From NCBI GenBank assembly GCA_963804165.1, contig CAWDPO010000010.1, positions 128,001 to 192,000 on the forward strand: a stretch of DNA of 64,000 nt. The letters run 5' to 3'. This document shows positions 9,658-17,323 of the stretch, piece after piece; the stretch's first letter is position 1, and every line of letters starts with the position of its first letter. Source of the stretch: an uncultured delta proteobacterium (GTDB lineage: Bacteria > Desulfobacterota > Binatia > UBA9968). The notes under the pieces are model-generated. The model ran no database searches. It saw nothing but the letters and a program-made list of their open reading frames with translations, and had not been told where the DNA came from. The translations under genes were made by a program, and so were the position numbers.

Positions 9658-10364
9658 GGATGATCCGCAACCACTCCTTCCTCCCAACCGACTCGGCCGC
9701 CGTCGACTCGCAGAACCTTCTTGGCAACGCTACGCACCATGCGTAGATCGTGACTGGAAAAGAAGACGGCCTTTGCCTCTTGCTGGCTAAGCTTGACCAA
9801 AAGATCGCTAATCGCTTTTTGCGATTCCGGATCACAGCCGGCCAACGGCTCATCCAGGATGAGAATCTTCGGACCCACCATAAGTGCCCGCGCAACAAGA
9901 ATGCGCTGCCGTTGACCACCCGACAGCGAAAAGAACAACCGTCTAGCAAGATGACTGAGTCCGACTTGCTGCAGCACGCTTTCCAGGCGATTTCTCTCCC
10001 CGGACGGCAAGCCTTGATAAGGCTTGAGCCGGCCATAGCCACCCATCTCGACCACTTCGCGCGCCGTGATCGGAAAGGTCGAGTCCAGCACCGTACTCTG
10101 GGGTACGTACCCGAATTCGCTTAACGCGCAGTTGCGGGTCAGCGTGCCGCTCAGTACGGGCAAGAAGCCGAGAATCGTGCGGAACAAAGTCGTCTTGCCT
10201 GACCCGTTCGGCCCGGCTATCGCGATTAGATCACCGGAATGCAATTCGAGGTCGACATTTTCAAGTACCGTGGCATCCTCGTATCCGAGATTGGCTTGAT
10301 GCAGACTGACCAACGCGGGTGTGCTACCCATTCGAATACCCGCATGGGTCATGCATGCCTTCAA
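9651..10364 (-). CDS. Metal ABC transporter ATP-binding protein (ZnuC-like)
   Basis: GPNGSGKT, GYVPQ, LSGGQRQR, ILDEP and SSHD motifs. Confidence 0.9.
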   Translation of the reverse strand: MKACMTHAGIRMGSTPALVSLHQANLGYEDATVLENVDLELHSGDLIAIAGPNGSGKTTLFRTILGFLPVLSGTLTRNCALSEFGYVPQSTVLDSTFPITAREVVEMGGYGRLKPYQGLPSGERNRLESVLQQVGLSHLARRLFFSLSGGQRQRILVARALMVGPKILILDEPLAGCDPESQKAISDLLVKLSQQEAKAVFFSSHDLRMVRSVAKKVLRVDGGRVGWEEGVVADHPW

Positions 10365-10382
10365 TCATTATGGGAACGATGT

Positions 10383-11309
10383 TTACCCTTTTTTCACGGC
10401 TCCGAGCAAGCTTCGCACGTTGTAATCGATAAACTTGATGTAGGTGTCAGTCTCAGCCGAGCCGCCGGCGATGCTTTGCAGGCGCACGACGCTCGCGCCA
10501 GTTTGGCTCGCCAGCTGCCGGGGATATCGGTCACTCTGCGCTCCATAGATGATCAACTGAGTCTTTTCTTGCTGCATCTTCTGAGCGAGCGCAACCAAAT
10601 GATTCGGCGTTGGCTCGATGCCCGGTTTAAGTTCGATGATGCCGACCTGCTGTAAGCCAAACCGATTGGCAAAATAGGACCACTCTACATGGTAGGTAAC
10701 AATCTTGACGCCTTTGAGCGGAACGGCCATGCTTTGCCAACGCGCAATTGCTTTGTCTAACTCGCCTAGGTAAGCGTTTAGGTTTTTGTCGAACAACGCC
10801 TTGTGCTGGGGGTAGTTGCGCGACAGACCATCGGCGATGTTGCGCGCCATGATTCTGCCGCTTAGAGGATCGAGATTGTAATGCGGATTGCCCTTTGGGT
10901 GTACGTCGCCTTCCGAACGGTCAACCGTTCTGGGAACTTCAAGCACGTTGATCCCGACGGAACAATCGATATTGCCCGCTTGACCGGGAAGTATTTTGGT
11001 ATTGTTGGCAACCTCCATCAACGCTGGCAACCACGAAATTTCCAAATCCAACCCCATTTCGACCAGGATATCGGCGCGGTTAAGCTTGGGCACGAAACTT
11101 GGCTTCACCGGGACCGCGTGCATGAACTCCACGCCTCTGGTAAGACTCTCGACGTCCACCAGCTCTTTGCCGATCTGTTTGGTGATATCGGCTAGTTCGG
11201 GCGTCGTCGTGATTACACGGATTTGCTGCGCGTAGACAGGGATCTGAAGTCCCAGGACTAGCGATGCGACCGAGAGACAAAAAACCACTATTCTACGAAT
11301 CATGTTCAT
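10383..11309 (-). CDS. Metal ABC transporter substrate-binding protein (ZnuA/TroA family)
   Basis: Signal peptide; His ligands in FMHAVP, GDVHPKGNPHYNLDP and TYH; ELKPGIEPT. Confidence 0.88.
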   Translation of the reverse strand: MNMIRRIVVFCLSVASLVLGLQIPVYAQQIRVITTTPELADITKQIGKELVDVESLTRGVEFMHAVPVKPSFVPKLNRADILVEMGLDLEISWLPALMEVANNTKILPGQAGNIDCSVGINVLEVPRTVDRSEGDVHPKGNPHYNLDPLSGRIMARNIADGLSRNYPQHKALFDKNLNAYLGELDKAIARWQSMAVPLKGVKIVTYHVEWSYFANRFGLQQVGIIELKPGIEPTPNHLVALAQKMQQEKTQLIIYGAQSDRYPRQLASQTGASVVRLQSIAGGSAETDTYIKFIDYNVRSLLGAVKKG

Positions 11310-11335
11310 GGGAAAATCTCCTATTGAAGATATTA

Positions 11336-12586
11336 CTAGCGGTTACGGAAGCCATGCGTATGGCTGCCTAAAACGGTCGTCCATTGTAAGAAAAATTGGT
11401 GACCGCGCTCAGTTTTTTCTTCGCGCACCTTGTCGTCAAGGTAGCTGTACTGAAGGCGCAGCCGGTTGAACTCGCTTAAGTTCCAAGTGACGAAGGGCGA
11501 ATATCCGATCGTCTTTTTACCGGGACTGGCCAAACTCGGCGCGTTGTCATACAGAAAGCCCGCCGCCCATTCACGGGTTAGTTTGGCTTCCCCATAGACG
11601 TAACCGCCGGGCGCAAACACGCGCTGAAATCCTGAAGCGCGCTCCACCCGCTCGCTATTGCCAAAGAATTCACCGCCGATGGTGAGCCCTTGATAGAGCG
11701 TGCTTCCTAACGGTTGATAGCGGTAAGTCACGTCGACTCCGGTCAAAGTCCGGTCTCCGCCGAAGGGATCCTCCGGAATTCTGATCGACGGCGTATAAGC
11801 CAGACTTGTTCCCAACTCGACGCTATGGTTGTCGGAAAGATCGAAGTATGCCTGCAGCCTGCCAAGGTAGGTAAATCGGCTCCAGGCGCGCGACTTGGTA
11901 TCATCGAGCCGCTCGTTTTCGGCGCCAAGTTTGTTGTATCCGCCAACTGTCCCTCTCAAGAAGAACGGAGTGGGAAAGAGATAACTCAGCTCGGCACCGT
12001 CGGCCTGGGATTCTCCACCAACGATTCGCTCTAACGATAACGGTGTATTGACGAACGCATACTCGTGAGGATGAAATTTAGCCAGGCGGCCGAAGTCGGC
12101 AAAGAAACGGCCGGCACGCGCTTGCAAGTTCCACGGCAAAGACGTCGTGACCATCGCCGCCTCTTCCACTTCGACGCCTTCCCCGCTGCCGGTAAAAAAT
12201 GCGTAACCGCGAGCGTAAGGATCGATGGACGCAGCGATACCTATCTCCGCCGAGCGGAAGTTAAATGTGCCGCCAGCCTTGGCACGGTGTTCCGCCGTCG
12301 CATCGATGGCCATGCCAATGGCCGGGTTGAGCATCGAAGGCGCCCTCTGAACCGCCTGAACTGATTTTTCGACGTTGCCGACTCTAGCAGACGTATCGGT
12401 CTTTTCCTTTTCCAATTGATCGAGACGCTGCAACGCCTTCTGCAGCTGCTGCTGCAGGCCGTCGACGACGCCACGTAACGCTTGGATCTCTGAGCTTTGC
12501 GCTAAAGCGACTGTTGGTAGTAAAAGCAAAACCCCCAATAAGGCGAATGCCGCGCTGCGCTGCGGCGATGCTGATAAAGAAGACAT
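11336..12586 (-). CDS. Outer-membrane beta-barrel protein associated with metal ABC operons
   Basis: Signal peptide, N-terminal coiled coil, NPAIG, SIDPY, HPHE, SEFNRLRLQY and a C-terminal LGSHTHGF His motif. Confidence 0.72.
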   Translation of the reverse strand: MSSLSASPQRSAAFALLGVLLLLPTVALAQSSEIQALRGVVDGLQQQLQKALQRLDQLEKEKTDTSARVGNVEKSVQAVQRAPSMLNPAIGMAIDATAEHRAKAGGTFNFRSAEIGIAASIDPYARGYAFFTGSGEGVEVEEAAMVTTSLPWNLQARAGRFFADFGRLAKFHPHEYAFVNTPLSLERIVGGESQADGAELSYLFPTPFFLRGTVGGYNKLGAENERLDDTKSRAWSRFTYLGRLQAYFDLSDNHSVELGTSLAYTPSIRIPEDPFGGDRTLTGVDVTYRYQPLGSTLYQGLTIGGEFFGNSERVERASGFQRVFAPGGYVYGEAKLTREWAAGFLYDNAPSLASPGKKTIGYSPFVTWNLSEFNRLRLQYSYLDDKVREEKTERGHQFFLQWTTVLGSHTHGFRNR

Positions 12587-12590
12587 TCGA

Positions 12591-12653
12591 GACCTCCCTC
12601 AATACAAAGCCGTCGCCCCCCTAAAAACGACAGGCGTGAATAGAAGGGAGACC
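12591..12653 (-). promoter_or_regulatory. RNA hairpin that can sequester the Shine-Dalgarno sequence of the 12586 gene
   Basis: mRNA GGUCUCCCUU (12653-12644) pairs over 10 positions, including G-U, with GAGGGAGGUC (12600-12591); inner stem GCCUGUCG/CGACGGC at 12635-12609. Confidence 0.6.
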
Positions 12654-12693
12654 GGATGTGGTTATGTTGCGACTTGGATTACGAACCAAGAAA

Positions 12694-13026
12694 CTACAGG
12701 GAGGCGGAGGAAGGCGGCCCGCGAACTTTTTGCAGCTTAGACCAGTCACCGGCCCACGAGAACACATAGTGCGCGGCGAAACCGGTGACTAGAAATGTCG
12801 GAACGACAACCGGCGAATCGGCCTGCAAAGCCAGCTGCGTGCGCGTGCCGTGAACGCAAGTGCATTCTTTCGCGAGCTGTGAGGTTGGAGTAACGGCATG
12901 ATAGTGCAGAGGCAGGAAAACCAGGAAAGCTAAAAGGACTGCGCCAATTAGCCGGCGAACGCTGCTTCGCTCCGTTGGGGACTCTGACACGATCACGAAA
13001 CTATCCAAGCCTCTGCCACTTGTCAA
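12694..13026 (-). CDS. DUF2946-like leader peptide ending in RGPP (putative ribosome-arrest peptide; start uncertain)
   Basis: Hydrophobic segment, LHYH and ECTCVH metal-ligand motifs, C-terminal KVRGPPSSASL; first ORF of the metal-uptake operon. Confidence 0.72.
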   Translation of the reverse strand: MTSGRGLDSFVIVSESPTERSSVRRLIGAVLLAFLVFLPLHYHAVTPTSQLAKECTCVHGTRTQLALQADSPVVVPTFLVTGFAAHYVFSWAGDWSKLQKVRGPPSSASL

Positions 13027-13271
13027 TTGGCCTGCTCTCGCTCGGGGTCGCCACCTTTTTGTCTCATGCTGATGCCGATTCGGGCATTACATTAGGAATA
13101 GGGCTTATCAAACTTAGTCGCACCGAGCCTTTCTGACTGGACGACTCGGCAAAGGCGAAACAGGTCTCCGGACAGGATTGGTGAATTTTTGCCAACGGAG
13201 TAAGATCATCGGACTTTCATTGACCTAGGGCCAATATCTCTGCCCGAGGGGTGGTCCCGACTCAACGATCG

Positions 13272-13300
13272 TGTAAACCTCCTGTGGATTGGCGCGTCTA
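13272..13300 (+). promoter_or_regulatory. Putative ECF sigma promoter
   Basis: TGTAAAC-N16-CGTCTA (AAC-N16-CGTC pattern) upstream of AGGAGG and the ATG at 13347, heading an ECF sigma operon. Confidence 0.62.
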
Positions 13301-13346
13301 AGGCGAATAGACCGCAACAAATTATCAATAATCAGGAGGGCTTGGC

Positions 13347-13789
13347 ATGATCGAAGGAAAATCATTTTTCGCCGTTGGGGTGCTGGTATCGGCGCTGGTA
13401 TTCGTCGGTTCACCACTGCTCGCCTCCGAAGGCGTAATCAGCCCCGGAGAAAAGCACGAGTTGCGCCATGACCGTCGCGAAATTCGTCGCGATCGGCGAG
13501 GAAATCCACGGCGACCGCAGAGAGGTTCATCGGCGATCGGAAAGAGCTTCGAGGCGATCGCCGCGAGCTAGTCCGGGATCGGCACGAACTTCATCGGGAT
13601 CTCAAGAGTGGTGCCGGCAAAGCGGAGATTACTCGAGACTTGAGGGAAATTCACCGCGACCGTAATGAAATCGTCGATGACAAGCTGGATCTCACCAAGG
13701 ACGTAAAGGAAACTAGGGGCGATCGACGCGAGCTGCGCCAGGACCGCAGAGAATTTCGCCGCGACGCGAAAGACGCGCTGAAGGACTAA
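13347..13789 (+). CDS. Secreted protein with 7-residue DRRE(I/L/V)xx repeats (two frameshifts, about 13497-13530)
   Basis: Signal peptide, then HDRREIR RDR-REIH GDRREVH GDRKELR GDRRELV RDRHELH...GDRRELR QDRREFR RDAKDALKD*; strong RBS. Confidence 0.7.
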
Positions 13790-13801
13790 AAGGGAGCGAG
13801 T

Positions 13802-14464
13802 GTGACTCCTATTGAGCCGGCGGCAGCGATGAGCGCTTTCCGCCGGCCCTTCCTCGGTTTCGCCGGCGCGGCAAGATCATCAAAGGATTGGAGTCCATTA
13901 GTGAATCCCGGGGACGAGGAGTTGGTGGCGTTGGCCCAACAGGGCGATCGCCGGGCATTCGAGGAACTTGTGGAACGTCATAAACAAAAGGCCTATTACA
14001 TCGCCTTTGATTTCTCCCGCGATCGCGAAGACGCCAAGGATCTATCGCAGGAAGCGTTTCTGAAGGCGTTTACCAATCTCAAAAAGTTCGACGGGCGATC
14101 GAGCTTTTATACTTGGTTCTACCGCATTCTCGTCAACCTTTGCTTGGATTATAAACGGCGCCAAAAACGAACCCTGACGGACTCGTTTGACGAAACCCAC
14201 GAGAGCCATATGGAGTCATCTCACCAACCTCAGACACCCCTCGCACCCGATCAACAAGTATCAGCCGGACAGTTTTCGCGTCGGATCGGGGAAGCGCTCG
14301 AAGCTCTGCCAGCCAGGCAAAGAACGGCGTTCATACTCAAAAATCATCAGGGACTATCGATCAAAGAAATCGCCGACCTGATGGAGACGGCAGAGGGTAC
14401 CGTTAAAGTGCATCTGCACCGCGCGGTGACGGCGCTCAGACAGAGTCTGGCGGAGTTCGCCTAG
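13802..14464 (+). CDS. ECF RNA polymerase sigma factor (alternative start GTG 13901)
   Basis: GDRRAFEELV, DAKDLSQEAF, FYTWFYRI and EIADLMETAEGTVKVHLHRA (regions 2 and 4). Confidence 0.92.
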   Translation: MTPIEPAAAMSAFRRPFLGFAGAARSSKDWSPLVNPGDEELVALAQQGDRRAFEELVERHKQKAYYIAFDFSRDREDAKDLSQEAFLKAFTNLKKFDGRSSFYTWFYRILVNLCLDYKRRQKRTLTDSFDETHESHMESSHQPQTPLAPDQQVSAGQFSRRIGEALEALPARQRTAFILKNHQGLSIKEIADLMETAEGTVKVHLHRAVTALRQSLAEFA

Positions 14465-14473
14465 GAGGTAGGT

Positions 14474-14992
14474 ATGGCGGATCACAAAAAAGTTCTCTCT
14501 CCCCCATGCAAACAATTGGAAGAAGATCTCGTGCTGTTCCATTACGGCGATCTCGCTGGCACTGAGCGCGATGCGCTCCAAGTGCATCTTGCCAGCTGTG
14601 CCGGCTGCGCCGATTACTTGAAGGAACTCACGGCGCTTTTACCGCTGACCGTCATGACCGACGAACCGCCGCAAACTTTTTGGACGGACTACAGCCGCGA
14701 ACTGCGTCACAAGATTGCAGCCGCGAGCGAAAAGAATTTCTGGCGTCAACGTTTAAACACGCTATTTCAACCGCGGCTTGTGCCTGCGTTAGCCGCCGCC
14801 GGGGTGGTCGCGCTGGCGCTGACGTTTACTTTGGGCAAAGGCATGTGGCGCGCGAATGATCCGGCGCAAGAAGATGCCGTCATGTTGGAAATGCTCCCTG
14901 TGGCGGAAAATTTGGAATTTTTCAATGCCATGGAGGTGCTCGATGACTTGGATCTCTTGGAGTCGATGGGCAACCAAAGCAACGCGGCCTAG
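14474..14992 (+). CDS. Anti-sigma factor with zf-HC2 zinc finger, one TM helix and an acidic periplasmic tail
   Basis: HLASCAGC (HxxxCxxC), TM segment VPALAAAGVVALALTF, tail LEFFNAMEVLDDLDLLESM. Confidence 0.85.
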   Translation: MADHKKVLSPPCKQLEEDLVLFHYGDLAGTERDALQVHLASCAGCADYLKELTALLPLTVMTDEPPQTFWTDYSRELRHKIAAASEKNFWRQRLNTLFQPRLVPALAAAGVVALALTFTLGKGMWRANDPAQEDAVMLEMLPVAENLEFFNAMEVLDDLDLLESMGNQSNAA

Positions 14993-15009
14993 CCTAGCGC
15001 GGGGACACC

Positions 15010-15258
15010 ATGTCGTTGAATCCCTCGCTAGTCGCGCTTGCGCTGTTTGTCGCATCAGCCGGCTTTGCCGCGACCAAAGACCCCGGGCTGCCTGATCGAG
15101 AAATGTTAAAGATGATGGAACTGCTGCGGGAAATAGAAATGATCAAACAAATGGACTTGCTCCAGGACATGCACAACCTTGAAACCGGGGGCGATCAGGT
15201 CAAAAACACATCACCGCAAAAGCCCGCACCAGGAAAAAAGAAGGAGACCGTAAAGTGA
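15010..15258 (+). CDS. Small secreted hypothetical protein resembling the anti-sigma tail
   Basis: Signal peptide, Met/Leu/acidic amphipathic core, RBS, and GTGA-type overlap with the next gene. Confidence 0.7.
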   Translation: MSLNPSLVALALFVASAGFAATKDPGLPDREMLKMMELLREIEMIKQMDLLQDMHNLETGGDQVKNTSPQKPAPGKKKETVK

Positions 15259-15908
15259 AGTCATTGATACAATCCGTCGGTCATCTTTGGCTTTTGGTTC
15301 TCCTCTTGGTTCCGGCCGTGTGGAGCCAACCGTTGCCGCGCGGAGAGGCGCTGGCGCAATCTGACCATGAAGCGCTCGAACGTTGGCAAAGCATGACACC
15401 CGAGCAGAAGCAGGAGCTGCGCGATCGCTTTCAGCGCTGGAAAAATCTCCCCCCCGGCGAGCAGGAAGAGCTGCAGCGAAAGTACGACAACTGGCGCCGT
15501 CTGCCGCCGGAAGAAAAGGCTACGGCGCGGCGCAATTTCGAACGCTGGCAAAAAATGCCGCCTGAGCAGCGCGAGCGCCTGCAGGAACGCTGGCGCCAAT
15601 GGCGCGATCTGCCGCCGGAACGCCGCGAAGAGTTGCGCCAACGATTCCAAAAGCTGCGCGAAATGCCGCCGGAACAACGCCAAGAGCTTCGCCAGAAACT
15701 GATGGAGCGTCGCGAACGGCTGACCCCTGACGAAAAGCAACAGATGCGCGAAAAAGCGCGCGAACGCTTTGAACGTTCGTCACCCGAAGAAAAGCGGGAG
15801 GTTCGAGAAAAGCTCCGGGAGCTTAAGCAACGCGGCAATGTTGAAGAACGAAAACAGTTTCGTGAACGGCTGCGCGAGAAGCTGAATCAGCGCAAGGAAA
15901 AGGACTAG
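15255..15908 (+). CDS. DUF3106-like periplasmic helical repeat protein
   Basis: Signal peptide; about eight 18-19 aa repeats of the form (E/Q)RWxx(L/M)PPEx(R/K)xxLRxRF. Confidence 0.78.
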   Translation: MKSLIQSVGHLWLLVLLLVPAVWSQPLPRGEALAQSDHEALERWQSMTPEQKQELRDRFQRWKNLPPGEQEELQRKYDNWRRLPPEEKATARRNFERWQKMPPEQRERLQERWRQWRDLPPERREELRQRFQKLREMPPEQRQELRQKLMERRERLTPDEKQQMREKARERFERSSPEEKREVREKLRELKQRGNVEERKQFRERLREKLNQRKEKD

Positions 15909-15911
15909 CCG

Positions 15912-17321
15912 ATGAGCGCGTCACTGGGCCAAGAGCAAAAAGTGGTTCATTTTTTGAATCGCACCAGTTTCGGGCCGACACGCGATTCCGTACAGAAGGT
16001 AACCCGGCTCGGTATCCGCGCCTACCTCGACGAGCAACTCGATCCCGAGAAAATCTCTGATACCCTGGTCGAAGAGAAAACCGCCGGGCTCAAAACCATC
16101 CGGCTCAATAGCGGCGAGCTCTTCGAGCTCTATCCGCCACCGAAAGTCGCTCAAGAGCGCGGCATGATGGCCGGGGAGATGCGGGCGCCGCGCTTCATTA
16201 TCTTCGAGCTGCAGCAGGCGCGGTTGCTGCGCGCCGTGCACAGCCAGCGCCAGCTCTTCGAGTTGATGGTGGATTTCTGGAACAACCATTTCAATATTTT
16301 CGCCGCCAAGGGCGCCGACCGCTGGCTGACGACTTCCTACGATCGCGATACGATCCGGCCGCACGCGCTCGGCAGATTTCGCGATTTGTTACTCGCGACG
16401 GCACGCAGCCCGGCCATGCTTTTCTATTTGGATAATTGGCTGAGCGTCAGCCCGAATACTACTCTGACGAGAATGCCCGCGAACGCGCGCCGCCGCGGCA
16501 TCAATGAAAATTATGCGCGGGAGATCATGGAACTGCATACCTTGGGGGTCGATGGCGGCTATACCCAGCAAGACGTTCGTGAAGTCGCGCGCTGTTTTAC
16601 CGGATGGACGTTGTTGCGGCCGCGCGGCGACGCTGAGTTTCACTTCGAGCCCCGCCTGCACGATCAAGGCGCCAAAACAGTGTTGGGCATGCGCATCCCG
16701 GCGGGCGGCGGAATGGACGATGGCATGAAAGTCATCGATCTTCTGGCGCGCCATCCGTCTACGGCTAAATTTATTGCAACCAAACTCGCACGCCGCTTCG
16801 TCGCCGATGACCCACCCGCGTCTGTCGTCAATCGTGCCACCGAGGCTTTTCGCCGCAGCGATGGCGATATTCGCACCGTGGTTCGAGCCATCATCGACTC
16901 ACCCGAGTTTTTTTCTCCTGAAGTTTATCAAGCCAAAGTGAAAAAACCTCTCGAGTTCGCCGCCAGCGCCCTGCGCGCGACGAATGCGGAGACGCGAGTG
17001 ACTCTGCAACTCTTGCGCTATCTGGGCCGCATGGGCGAGCCGCTGTTTTTAGCCCAGCCGCCGACCGGCTATCCGGACGTCGGTTCGTCTTGGATCAGCC
17101 CCGACATGTTGTTGACGCGCGTGAACTTCGCGGCCGATCTCGTGGCCAATCGCCTTGACGGCACGCGCGTGCAAGTGGACGATTTGCAAGATACTCAGGC
17201 TTTAATACGTCTGATCGCCCCCGATTCCCTTTCCCCGGCAACGCAGGCCGCGTTGGCGGAAACCAAAGCAAGAGAAGCGCCGGCGTTATTGCTCGCCGCG
17301 CCGGAATTTCAACGGAGGTAA
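15912..17321 (+). CDS. DUF1800 domain protein
   Basis: HFLNRTSFG, DFWNNHFN, SPAMLFYLDN, NENYAREIMELHTLG and APEFQRR. Confidence 0.9.
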   Translation: MSASLGQEQKVVHFLNRTSFGPTRDSVQKVTRLGIRAYLDEQLDPEKISDTLVEEKTAGLKTIRLNSGELFELYPPPKVAQERGMMAGEMRAPRFIIFELQQARLLRAVHSQRQLFELMVDFWNNHFNIFAAKGADRWLTTSYDRDTIRPHALGRFRDLLLATARSPAMLFYLDNWLSVSPNTTLTRMPANARRRGINENYAREIMELHTLGVDGGYTQQDVREVARCFTGWTLLRPRGDAEFHFEPRLHDQGAKTVLGMRIPAGGGMDDGMKVIDLLARHPSTAKFIATKLARRFVADDPPASVVNRATEAFRRSDGDIRTVVRAIIDSPEFFSPEVYQAKVKKPLEFAASALRATNAETRVTLQLLRYLGRMGEPLFLAQPPTGYPDVGSSWISPDMLLTRVNFAADLVANRLDGTRVQVDDLQDTQALIRLIAPDSLSPATQAALAETKAREAPALLLAAPEFQRR

Positions 17322-17323
17322 CG

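Noticed and set aside
12657-12675. Possible Zur/Fur box (atgtggttatgttgcgact)
   Set aside because: Only one half-site resembles a consensus and there is no real palindrome
13460-13770. 21-bp periodic DNA repeats as a possible CRISPR array or minisatellite
   Set aside because: Degenerate at synonymous positions and without unique spacers; explained by a protein heptad repeat
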